Below, in pieces: positions 1-11,665 of a stretch of DNA of 64,000 nucleotides. The translations under genes were made by a program, and so were the position numbers. Each line of letters begins with the position of its first letter. Positions within the stretch are counted from its first letter, which is position 1. Under the pieces are notes generated by a model, which saw only the letters and a program-made list of their open reading frames with translations, was not told where the DNA came from and made no database searches. This DNA is from Eledone cirrhosa (Eukaryota): the NCBI GenBank assembly GCA_964016885.1, contig OZ024743.1, positions 331,762,001 to 331,826,000 on the forward strand, given 5' to 3'.

Positions 1-189
1 CAATGGGCTCAGCCAGCGTTTAAAAAAAAACATAAGAAACGCTGTATGGCACTGTGGCTCCCATATGTATGCATATATAGAGACAGAAGGCTTGTTCTTT
101 CTCTCAAATATATAGATCCTTTCTTTCTTATTTATTTCATTTTATAGCATCTTTCATTAAATATGTAAGGTAACATGACCAATAAGCAC

Positions 190-2365
190 CCAACCCATCC
201 TGTAAAGTGGTAGTGTTGGTGGCATGACAGAAGGTACCTAGTCCATCCTGTAAAGTGGTAGTGTTGGTGGCATGACAGAAGGTACCTAGTCCACCCTGTA
301 AAGTGGTAGTGTTGGTGGCATGACAGAAGGTACCTAGTCCACCCTGTAAAGTGGTAGTGTTGGTGGCATGACAGAAGGTACCTAGTCCACCCTGTAAAGT
401 GGTAGTGTTGGTGGCATGACAGAAGGTACCCAGTCCATCCTGTAAAGTGGTAGTGTTGGTGGCATGACAGAAGGTACCCAGTCCATCCTGTAAAGTGGTA
501 GTGTTGGTGGCATGACAGAAGGTACCCAGTCCATCCTGTAAAGTGGTAGTGTTGGTGGCATGACAGAAGGTACCTAGTCCATCCTGTAAAGTGGTAGTGT
601 TGGTGGCATGACAGAAGGTACCCAGTCCATCCTGTAAAGTGGTAGTGTTGGTGGCATGACAGAAGGTACCTAGTCCATCCTGTAAAGTGGTAGTGTTGGT
701 GGCATGACAGAAGGTACCTAGTCCACCCTGTAAAGTGGTAGTGTTGGTGGCATGACAGAAGGTACCCAGTCCATCCTGTAAAGTGGTAGTGTTGGTGGCA
801 TGACAGAAGGTACCTAGTCCATCCTGTAAAGTGGTAGTGTTGGTGGCATGACAGAAGGTACCTAGTCCACCCTGTAAAGTGGTAGTGTTGGTGGCATGAC
901 AGAAGGTACCCAGTCCATCCTGTAAAGTGGTAGTGTTGGTGGCATGACAGAAGGTACCTAGTCCACCCTGTAAAGTGGTAGTGTTGGTGGCATGACAGAA
1001 GGTACCTAGTCCACCCTGTAAAGTGGTAGTGTTGGTGGCATGACAGAAGGTACCCAGTCCACCCTGTAAAGTGGTAGTGTTGGTGGCATGACAGAAGGTA
1101 CCTAGTCCACCCTGTAAAGTGGTAGTGTTGGTGGCATGACAGAAGGTACCCAGTCCATCCTGTAAAGTGGTAGTGTTGGTGGCATGACAGAAGGTACCTA
1201 GTCCATCCTGTAAAGTGGTAGTGTTGGTGGCATGACAGAAGGTACCTAGTCCACCCTGTAAAGTGGTAGTGTTGGTGGCATGACAGAAGGTACCCAGTCC
1301 ATCCTGTAAAGTGGTAGTGTTGGTGGCATGACAGAAGGTACCTAGTCCATCCTGTAAAGTGGTAGTGTTGGTGGCATGACAGAAGGTACCTAGTCCACCC
1401 TGTAAAGTGGTAGTGTTGGTGGCATGACAGAAGGTACCCAGTCCATCCTGTAAAGTGGTAGTGTTGGTGGCATGACAGAAGGTACCCAGTCCATCCTGTA
1501 AAGTGGTAGTGTTGGTGGCATGACAGAAGGTACCTAGTCCACCCTGTAAAGTGGTAGTGTTGGTGGCATGACAGAAGGTACCCAGTCCACCCTGTAAAGT
1601 GGTAGTGTTGGTGGCATGACAGAAGGTACCCAGTCCATCCTGTAAAGTGGTAGTGTTGGTGGCATGACAGAAGGTACCTAGTCCATCCTGTAAAGTGGTA
1701 GTGTTGGTGGCATGACAGAAGGTACCTAGTCCACCCTGTAAAGTGGTAGTGTTGGTGGCATGACAGAAGGTACCCAGTCCATCCTGTAAAGTGGTAGTGT
1801 TGGTGGCATGACAGAAGGTACCTAGTCCACCCTGTAAAGTGGTAGTGTTGGTGGCATGACAGAAGGTACCCAGTCCATCCTGTAAAGTGGTAGTGTTGGT
1901 GGCATGACAGAAGGTACCTAGTCCACCCTGTAAAGTGGTAGTGTTGGTGGCATGACAGAAGGTACCCAGTCCATCCTGTAAAGTGGTAGTGTTGGTGGCA
2001 TGACAGAAGGTACCTAGTCCACCCTGTAAAGTGGTAGTGTTGGTGGCATGACAGAGGGTACCCAGTCCACCCTGTAAAGTGGTAGTGTTGGTGGCATGAC
2101 AGAAGGTACCCAGTCCACCCTGTAAAATGGTAGTGTTGGTGGCATGACAGAAGGTACCCTGTCCATCCTGTAAAGTGGTAGTGTTGGTGGCATGACAGAA
2201 GGTACCCAGTCAATCCTGTAAAGTGGTAGTGTTGGTGGCATGACAGAAGGTACCCAGTCCACCCTGTAAAGTGGTAGTGTTGGTGGCATGACAGAAGGTA
2301 TCCAGTCCACCCTGTAATGTGGTAGTGTTGGTGGCATGACAGAAGGTACCCTGTCCACCCTATGA
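190..2365. repeat. 48-bp minisatellite, about 45 copies, with degenerate units continuing to ~2580
   Basis: Unit CATCCTGTAAAGTGGTAGTGTTGGTGGCATGACAGAAGGTACCTAGTC repeated head to tail; variation is almost confined to two C/T positions. Confidence 0.97.
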
Positions 2366-2749
2366 AGTAGTCGGGTTAGTCAAAAGATACCCAGACTACT
2401 CTGTAAGCTAGTCGTGTTGGTGACAACAAAAAGCAACCAGTCTACCGTGTAAAGCATTGGTGTTGGTGACATGACAAAAAGCGCCCAGTCCATGCTATAA
2501 AGTGATCACTTTAGGGTCACAATTAAAAGCACCCATGCCACGCTGTAAATATGGTTGGCATCCAGCAGTAGAAACCAAGCCAGAAACAGTTCTGTATAAG
2601 CAAGACATGGTCATTTGATCTGACAATCATGGAAAATGGATGTTCAACAGTGATTATAATGACACATTCTCTTCTTCCTTCATTTGTTTTAATTTCTGTC
2701 ATGTACTTCCAAATTCAAATTTGTGGGCAAAGGATTTTTTCTCTTTCCT

Positions 2750-3020
2750 ATGGTGGGTCACATTATTAAGGATTATAGACTTGTGGGTCACATTATTTCA
2801 GATTATAGCCTTGTGGGTCACATTATTTCAGATTATGGACTTGTGGGTCACATTATTTCAGACTATACACTTGTGGGTTACATTATTTCAGATTATAGGC
2901 TCATGGGTCACATTATTTCAGATTATAGGCTTATGGGTCACATTATTTCAGAGTTAGGCAGACTTATGGGTCATATTATATCATATTATAGACTTGAGGG
3001 TCATATTATTTCAGACTATA
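2750..3020. repeat. 30-bp minisatellite, about 9 copies
   Basis: Unit TTGTGGGTCACATTATTTCAGATTATAGAC. Confidence 0.9.
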
Positions 3021-3269
3021 GAGTTAATTTCATTTGTTTTTATGCAATATTCTCAAGGCAGACAAAAAAAAAATCATAACCTTGTTCTACATATCTTGAG
3101 ATAAAATTTAATATATATATAGAGTGAGCCATAGAAACAAGGACAGAATGGAAGATATGAGCAAGACACTGTTGTCTGACCTGTCTAACCTCAGAACCTG
3201 ACAACCCATCTAACGCATGCAGGCATGGAAAATAGACATAAAACAGTGATGAGGATGATGAATATGATA

Positions 3270-3321
3270 TACAGGATATATAGATATATTTATATACATA
3301 TATACATACATATATACAAAG

Positions 3322-3364
<43 letters not shown>

Positions 3365-3737
3365 CATACTTACATATATATATGTGTGTATATATATATA
3401 CATTTACATACACACATACATATACATACATACATATACATACATACATACATACATACATACACATGTATATATAATATATATATATGCATATATATAT
3501 ATATGTGTGTATACATATATATACATATATATATATACATATATACATATATATATACAAAGACACACATATATATATATATATATACATACATACATAC
3601 ATATATACTTACATATATATATGTGTATATATATATATATACATACACACATACATATACATACATACATATACATACATACATATACATACACATGTAT
3701 ATATAATATATATATATGCATATATATATGTGTGTAC

Positions 3738-3768
<31 letters not shown>

Positions 3769-3970
3769 CATATATATATACAAAGACACACACACATATA
3801 TATATATATATACATACATACATATATACTTACATATATATATGTGTGTGTATATATATATATACATACACACATACATATACATACATACATATACATA
3901 CATACATACACATGTATATATAATATATATATATGCATATATATATGTACATATATACATATATATATAT
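3270..3970. repeat. Compound (TA)/(CA)/(TACA) microsatellite with a ~220-240 bp higher-order triplication
   Basis: Landmarks ATACAAAGACAC and CACATGTATATATAAT each recur three times. Confidence 0.85.
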
Positions 3971-4179
3971 TCATCATTGAAACTCACACCAACACACTCA
4001 CATGGAGCTACAAATGCCTCACTGTTAGACAGATATTTATACACCTTCAGTTCTGAAATCTTGATAAAGGCAATTTATAGTAAATGGGGAGGGAGGTGTA
4101 GCAAGGAAGATAGTGTGGAGGTGAGAGAGGGTGAGAGGAGAGGTCTCTATTCTATTGTTGAATACCAACCAGCTCTAAC

Positions 4180-5125
4180 AACTACTACTAATAATACTAC
4201 TGCTACTACGTCAACAAGAACAGAATAACACCAACACCAACAACAACAGACACCAACAACAACAGACACCAACAACAACAACACAAACAACACCACTACC
4301 AACACCATCACCAACAACAACACATACACCACCAACAACAACACAAACACCACCACCACCACCATCACCACTACCACCATCACCACCACCACCAACACTA
4401 CCACCAACAACACCACCACCAACAACACCACCACCACCAACCCCACCAACAACACCACCACCACCACCACCACCAACACCACCACCACTACCATTTGTCT
4501 ATTGTACACCAACAGAAGTCAGAAAGAGAGAGAGATATGGTGAGAAAGAAAGAAATAATTGTTTCTACTTTAGGCACAAGGCCAGCAAAATACCCAGTGT
4601 ATTACTGGTACTTTATTTTATCGACCCCGTAAGGATGAAAGGCAAAGTTAACCTCGGCGGGATTTGAACTCAGAATGGCAAGGGCCGTAACTGTATACGT
4701 CAAGGCATGGCATCCGACCCTCTACCAATACTGCCAATCCACCGAGAAAGAAATAATGAACAAGAAAGGGGGGGGGGGGTTAGTGGGTGAAAGTAAGAGA
4801 AAGTGAGAGTGAGATGTACAGTTTAGTTCAATTAAAGGTCTTAGTGGTGGTGGTGATGATGATGATGGTGGTGGTGGTGGTGGTGGTGGTAGTGGTGGTA
4901 GTGGTGCTAGTGATGGTGGTGCTGGTGATGATAATGGTTGTGGTGGTGGTGGTGGTGATGGTGGGGGTGATAATGGTGGTGATATTGATGGTGGAGGTGG
5001 TTGTGATGATAATGGTTACAATGGTGGTGGTGGTGGTGGTGGTAGTGGTGGCAATGATGATGATGGTTGCAATGATGATGATGGTGGCAATGATGATGGT
5101 TGCGGTGGTGCTGGTGGTGGTGATG
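4180..5125. repeat. Low-complexity (ACC/AAC)n tract and (GGT/GAT)n tract flanking a SINE
   Basis: Visible trinucleotide runs at 4180-4495 and 4845-5125. Confidence 0.9.
4556..4744 (-). mobile_element. tRNA-derived SINE family A (Nin-domain-like)
   Basis: Reverse complement of the 34627-34816 copy: B-box GAGTTCAAATCC, central TTTGCCTTTCATCCTTACGGGGTCGATAAAATAAAGTACCAG, tail GGCCTTGTGCC..AGTAGAAACAATT. Confidence 0.88.
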
Positions 5126-5447
5126 CCAAAATCCCCAGTCTATCACTGTTATTCCTACAGTTATAGTATTGTCTGTTGAACAACATCAACAATAAAATAC
5201 AGTAGAAGGTCGGACAAGAAACTGGTAGCAGAGATGGTCAGCATGGTATGGTAGGGTATGGTAGTGTGGTTTTAGTGGTAGTTTACTGTTGGTATTGGAT
5301 AGTTGACAATGTCAGGATGGTATAGTGAAGGTATGGTGGCACTTTTTAGCCTTAATAAAAATGAATATACACACATATAATATATATATATATATATACA
5401 CACACATACATATATATATATACACATACACATATATATATACACAT

Positions 5448-5496
<49 letters not shown>

Positions 5497-6019
5497 CACA
5501 CACACATATACACATACATATGTTCACGCAGACATACACACACACACATAATTGAAGTAAGATATTTAATAGGTATTTTTACATCTACACTGATATATTT
5601 GTCTTATTTCTACAATTTTATCTTGAAACATTTCATCAACGGTTAATCGCAAGAGAACGAACGAGAAGAAAACAAGATCCCATCTTCCACAATGACGACA
5701 CCAGAATTAAGAAAAAGAGAAAATATCTTCAATGGAAGAAAGACATCAGAAAATACTTCAATGAAGAGATTAAAATGGAACCAAAATGAAACAAGAATTT
5801 TATTGTCAATTAAATTTGGATAAAAGTATTTAGTGAGAAAATGAAATGACAGAGTGAAATAGCAATAAATATCACACTAAAGATAAAATGGAATGTAATT
5901 CTTATTTTATTTGGTGGGTCTAGAGGAAGGGGTAATGTCTATGGCATTTACATGTGAGCAAGGATACATGTGGAAGGATGGATATCATGAGGGTGGGGTT
6001 GTGTCAATAGTTTTACCAG

Positions 6020-6280
6020 GCTCTCCAAGACTGGAGAAGTTGATGTCTGGAAGGGACAGAGTTTCTGATCATCCAAGACTGGAGAGATTGATCTCTAGAG
6101 GTAAGGATAGTGTCTCTGGTCAACATTGGTCATCCAAGAATGGAGAGATTGATGTCTGGAGGAAGGGACTGTGTCTATGACCAGCACTGGTCATCCAAGG
6201 TTGGAGAGATTGATGTCTGGAGGAAGGGGCTGTGTCTATGACCAACACTGGTCATCTAAGACTGGACATATTGATGTCAG
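6020..6280. repeat. ~61-bp tandem repeat, 4-5 degenerate copies
   Basis: TGGTCATCCAAG..TGGAGAGATTGATGTCTGGAGG recurs at 6127 and 6188, with a degenerate copy at 6249. Confidence 0.8.
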
Positions 6281-6388
6281 TAATGTAAAAACTTAGTTTG
6301 AAATGAATATATAAATGTCTGAGTGTTTCTTTGTCAGGTCAGACAGTAATTGAAGTGTCAGAAGAATTTAACAAATAGGCTAAAATGA

Positions 6389-6629
6389 TTAACCTTTTTC
6401 ATACCAAACCACATGAAACCACTCCTGGTTCTATGAGACAAAAGTGTTTATCTCAAAACCTTCCCTCATAATTTTATGGACGGACCTTTGTTAAGTTATA
6501 TTCCAAGGATTAGCTTAATAATGAGAAAATTAGATATATTATTAAACCCATCCAAATATTTTATTATTTCCAAAATGTTTTAAAAATTATAGGCAGTACC
6601 TTTCATTGGAAATATAGTAAAAGGGTTAA
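6389..6629. mobile_element. piggyBac-type MITE
   Basis: TTAA-CCTTTTT ... AAAAGGG-TTAA termini. Confidence 0.55.
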
Positions 6630-6711
6630 CTTTAACATGATATTAGTATCAGAGATATTTTCATTGTTTTCTATATGCATGCATACTGAATGTGAATATA
6701 TTTGTGTGTGT

Positions 6712-6780
<69 letters not shown>

Positions 6781-7386
6781 GTCAGGTCACCAGTTGGTGC
6801 TACTGGTAACATGTATCCCAGTACAACCTGTCCCATGGTCGGGTCGTTGGCGACTAAACTGGCAAACCCACCAAGGTTTCTTGGTGAGGAGGGTGACTTT
6901 GGACATCCTGCAGGACTAAAAACAAAACCTGTCAAAGGGCAAAGGAGCTCTTAAGAGTCAATGGCCATCCAAAATCACCGGGAGAGATGACCCCTTAGCC
7001 TTTGTCAAGGCAGAATTCTAGGAGAAGGAAAACTCTGATATAACACCTGCAACCCTGATGGTATCCAATGATGTTGACTTGTTCTTCTTTTTGGTAAATA
7101 TCATCTTGGTTAAGAGAGTGGGACTGGCTTTGTGCAGTGCCTTTGCTCACTATAAAAGCTTCACGGCACAGGCATTGCTTTATATCTGGAGATCTCTCTG
7201 CACTTGTCGTCACATGGTACCATGGGCCCAGCACTATGTGTCAGTAATTGTCACAAGTGTAGTGTTTGTACCAGAGTTTTCAAGTCACTGGCTGGACTAA
7301 AAAGTCACACTCGTTCAGCGCATCGGTAGGGGTTCTCCTACATGGATATAAAGTAGTGGCCGTACTCGAAAACGAGTTGGCAGCCA

Positions 7387-7389
<3 letters not shown>
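6781..7389 (+). mobile_element. Short internally deleted RTE-type element (5'UTR-like part joined to ORF C-terminus and 3' end), inserted in (TA)n
   Basis: 7252-7329 translates HKCSVCTRVFKSLAGLKSHTRSAHR* (C2H2 finger typical of some RTE C-termini); GGAGAAGGAAAACTCTG motif recalled from RTE 5'UTRs; 3' hairpin GTGGC..CTCG AAAA CGAG..GCCAC. Confidence 0.6.
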
Positions 7390-7424
<35 letters not shown>

Positions 7425-7553
7425 TCATTGCTTGGCATCCATTTTCCACGATAGCATGGGTTAAACAGGTTGTCTAATTTGAGGCAAGTTTTGTCAGGTG
7501 ACCATAACTTACTCATACAGAACTGTTTCTGGCTTGGCTTTTTGTCATGGTGA

Positions 7554-7638
<85 letters not shown>

Positions 7639-7809
7639 GAAAATAAGAAAAAAAGTAGAACATTTTTTTAAAAGACAATTTATAGTACTGATTTCAGTCG
7701 ATAACAATTTCAACTTCTTCATACTACAGGAAATATAAAAAGTATATAATAAAGTTAAGGTGTATATTAATTAGAAGAGACTATTCGAGAATGTAGTTTA
7801 CATATATAT

Positions 7810-8175
7810 AAAACCCACTGTACTAATAAGAAATGTGTTATATGTAAAGTAAACCCCCAGATAAACTGTAAAACTAGAAATGTAGTCTATAGCATAAGAT
7901 GTGCAGAGGGTACTTGAAGAAACATGACAACGACATACATAGGTGAGACAGCTCGAAGCATAGGAGAGAAAATAGACCAACACTGGGAGGAATTAAAATG
8001 ACATAAAAACGGTTCAGTACTATATGAACACGCCAGACAACAACATGACTGTAACATAGACAACATAGAAATTAAAATAATATCTAAACATAGAAATGAC
8101 CCAAAGGTAGGAAAATCAGAGAAGCAAGCGAAATAGAGCTTAGAAAGCCAAAACTAAACAGAAAAAATGAATGGA
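7810..8175 (+). pseudogene. Penelope-like element GIY-YIG endonuclease remnant (Neptune-like Cys-rich linker)
   Basis: Manual translation from 7810: KTHCTNKKCVICKVNPQINCKTRNVVYSIRCAEGT*RNMTTTYIGETARSIGEKIDQHWEELK*HKNGSVLYEHARQQH...RKIREASEIELRKPKLNRKNEW; VVY..YIG motifs, two TGA stops, one frameshift. Confidence 0.85.
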
Positions 8176-8427
8176 ATAACAACAACACCCAAACAAACAA
8201 TACTGACTTAAGAGAAATATAAATAAATAAATATATACACAAGAACAATAACAACAAACACATATAAACACACACTAATAAACTAAGATAGAATACAATA
8301 ACCAAAACACAGTCACCCAAACGCGAACACACACACCAAACACTATACACACACACAAACGCATGCGCAGAGACGAAGACAAAAATAAATAAATAAATAG
8401 ATAAAATAAAAATGGCGTAGACATTAT

Positions 8428-8557
8428 AATTGTTTATACTTTTGGCACAAGGCCAGCAATTACCCAGTACATTACTGGTACTTTATTTTATTGACCCCGT
8501 AAGGATGAAAGGCAAAGTTAACCTCGGCGGGATTTGAACTCAGACCATAAAGGGCCG
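8428..8557 (-). mobile_element. 5'-truncated SINE family A with ~15-bp target-site duplication
   Basis: CGTAGACATTATAAT at ~8416 and ~8556 flanks the SINE body. Confidence 0.8.
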
Positions 8558-8602
8558 TAGACATTATAATACATACAATACAGCAGAGGAAACATGAGAA
8601 TA

Positions 8603-8650
8603 GTGCCACTGATGATGTTGCAGATTTGCAATGAAAGAACTTTGTTAGAC
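8603..8650 (+). ncRNA. Degenerate minimal hammerhead ribozyme downstream of the Penelope remnant
   Basis: CTGATGA(8609)-T-GTTGCA GATT TGCAAT-GAAA(8633); stems I and III are imperfect. Confidence 0.5.
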
Positions 8651-8846
8651 TATATATATGTATTTATATCTGTATTTTTGACCGTTGGTCAGTCAGTGAT
8701 AAACATTGATGGCCAAATGAATTAACTATGGAGATATAAAAGATACAGAAGCGAAAACCAACCAAACAGTGAGTGTGTTCTGTTATTATTTCTGGCAATA
8801 TTATTAAAACAATATGACCCTCCCCAAGTATAACAATATATATATT

Positions 8847-9201
8847 GGAGGCACATGGCTTAGTGGTTAGAGCATTGGCTTTGCAATCAAAAGGTTGTGA
8901 GTTCAATTCTCAGACTGGGTGATGTGTTGTTTCCTTGAGAAAGACACTTTATCTCACATTGCTCCAGTTTACTCAGCTGTAGATGGACTGGGATTCCTAT
9001 GAGATGGACTGGGATTCCTATCATTCCACTGCAAAAAAGCACCCAGCCCACACTGAAAAGTGGACGTGTGGGTGCCACGGAAAAAAAAGCATCCAGCACT
9101 TACTGTAAATGAGGTTGGTGTTAGGAAGGGCATCCAGCTGTTGAAATCAAGCCAGAATCAGTTCCCGTCCCACCCTTGCAAGCAGGGAAAAGCAGACGTA
9201 G
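8847..9201 (+). mobile_element. tRNA-derived SINE family B with RTE-derived 3' tail
   Basis: A-box TGGCTTAGTGG, B-box GAGTTCAATTC; tail shares GGTTGGTGTTAGGAAGGGCATCCAGCTG with the RTE 3'UTR. Confidence 0.85.
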
Positions 9202-10041
9202 AACTGTTTCATTTGGGAGAAATCACCAGGAAGCCGACTGTCCAAGTAATATGGTGGTATTTATACTTGTTTTGGTGGTAGGAGAGGGTGGTGATTGGGA
9301 TGGGTGGAGGTCATTGATTGATGGATTTAAAGAAATTTAAATCTATCAACCAATGACCTCCACCCATTAAGGGTACATTAAGTACAGCTAACTTGTAAGT
9401 TGCTTCTTCCCTTTTCTTATGCATACCCACAATACAAAAGTGGGTACCTCTATTTTCTCATATATATAGAATGCTGGTTTTCCTTACTGACATGGTCTGG
9501 ATGGGTCATCACTGTCCAAGTCAGTTATTCAGATTGACTGCTTTTTAAGACAAGTTAGAGGATATACCTCACTACTACCATTCAATTTTGGCATTCTTTA
9601 TATCTTAGTATGCAGAGGTACATGGTTGTAGGTTTGATTCCAGGGCTGGGTTGTGTGTTGTGTTCTGGGGCAAAACACTTCCTTTCATGTTGCACCAGTA
9701 TACTCAACTGAATATTAGTACCATCAATAACTGGGGGGGGGGGGTTAACCTTTTGATGGACCGGCATTCTGTCCAGGAGGGAGTCTTGTACTCTCAATCG
9801 GGATGGACATACAAAGATTGCATATCCCGAGACCCCAAATAGGGTTTGGAAAGGAGCAAACCTTGACCAAGGCTACTTCAACCAAGTTTTTCAACTATTA
9901 TTTATAGTGATCAACTATTATTATAGCCAGTTACGTTTGGAAGAATACATATGTATATGTATATATATATATCATCATCATCATCGTTTAACACCCATCT
10001 TCCATGCTAGCATGGGCTATATATGTATATATATATATATA

Positions 10042-11319
10042 TATACAGATGATCTAACGCTCATAGAATCAATGGCTGAACTAGAGAAGAGATTCCAAAC
10101 ATGGAAGAATGGCCTAGAATCAAAAGGCCTTGGGGTTGACTTGTCTAAGACTAAAGTCCTAGTGTGTAGGAGGGGGAGTGGGGCACTGGTCCTGTCTGGG
10201 GGATGGCCGTGCTTGGTGTGTGGGAGGGGAGTGGGCAGAGGCTCCATTTTATGTCCCAAATGCAAAGTATGGGTGCATAAGGGATGTGGTGGGATCACGG
10301 GTAAGCTAACTGGGAATATAGATTTTATATGTGGCCGGTGCTCTGGTGCAATAAGTGGAAACAGGTGCCCACAGAGTGCTAGCTCATTCCATTGCACAGA
10401 TAGTTCTATAGAAATAGTGGACACCTTCCGTTTCCTGGGTGACAAAATCAGCAGTGGTCGAGGGTGCTCCGAGGGTGCTGTAGCTTATACCACTATTGGC
10501 CGCTAAAGGTTTCTAAAAATGAAAGGCAGGCTGTATGATGCCTGCATGTGAACAGCAATGTTACATGGTAGTGAGACATGGGCATTGTGTGCAGAGAATC
10601 TACGCAGACTGGAGGGGAACGAGGCTTGCATGCTCCGTTAGATGTGTGGTGGTAATATACGCGAACGGCAAAGCATAAATGAACTGAGTGAGAAATTAGG
10701 AATAAGAGGGATCAGATGCTGTTTACTCGAGAGAAGACTACGTTGGTATGGTCACGTGATGCACATGAAAGATGACAGCTCTATAAAAAAGTTCAGGGCG
10801 ATCAAAATAGACGGTAGCTACGGAGTAGGCAGACCCAGAAAAATCTGGGATGACTTGATAAAATGCGACCTCACACACTTACACCTCTCCAAGACAATGT
10901 CACTGGACCGAGATCTTTGGCGCAACGTAGTAATACAGAAGACTCGCCTTGCCTAAGTACAAAGCAAAACCTACAGTCAGTAGGCACCTCTTAACCAAAA
11001 TACACCCCCGTCCCAACCCTACCCCCACCGCCATCTACACCACCCCTTTCGATGTAAAGCTATGTTGGTACCACAACATCCAGTCCTAAATAAATGAGGT
11101 CGTGTAGGTGTCACAACAAAAAAAACACACAGTCCACGCTGTAATGTGGCCGTGTAGGTAACACAGTAAAAACCTCCCAGTGCACACTGTAAACGTGGTT
11201 GGTGTTAGGAAGGGCATCCAGCCGTAGAAAACCCGCCAGACAGTCCTGAGCAAGACAACATATCTTGCCTCAAGTGGGACAATTCCCATGGAAAATAGAC
11301 GTTAAATGATGATGATGAT
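10042..11319 (+). mobile_element. 5'-truncated RTE LINE (subfamily 1), A-to-G hypermutated copy
   Basis: YTDD, PHD-like finger, RRLRWYGHV and GRPRK motifs; modular 3'UTR; (ATG)n tail; inserted in (TA)n. Confidence 0.93.
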
Positions 11320-11327
11320 ATATATAA

Positions 11328-11662
11328 TGGTTTAGTGGTTAGAGCATTGGCCTTGCAATCGAAAGGTTGTGAGTTCAATTCTCAGACCGGGTGATGTGTT
11401 GTTTTCTTGAGCAAGACACTTTATTTCACATTGCTCCAGTTTACTTAGCTGTAGAAATGAGATGATAGGGACTGGGGTCCATATCATTCCACTGCAAAGT
11501 GGTCGTGGAGGTGCCACGGCAAAAAAGCACCCTGCACTCACTGTAAATGAGGTTGGTGTTAGGAAGGGCATCCAGCTGTAGAAATCAAGCCAGAATCAGT
11601 TTCCGTCTCACCCTTTCAAGCAGGGAAAAAGCGGACGTAAAATGAAATGATGATGATGATGC
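11328..11662 (+). mobile_element. SINE family B
   Basis: Near-identical to 8847-9201 and 22606-22957; (ATG)n tail. Confidence 0.88.
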
Positions 11663-11665
11663 TGA

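Noticed and set aside
132-2213. 693-aa ORF of 16-aa repeats
   Set aside because: By-product of a stop-free 48-bp unit derived from a non-coding retroelement tail; no unique domain or expression evidence
190-2365. CRISPR-like appearance of this and the other arrays
   Set aside because: Units are head to tail with no unique spacers, there are no cas genes, and the context is eukaryotic
3040-4228. Many YI/HT-rich ORFs
   Set aside because: (TA)/(CA) microsatellite translations
5620-5822. Purine-rich open stretch that might be an exon
   Set aside because: No convincing splice sites or recognisable protein motif
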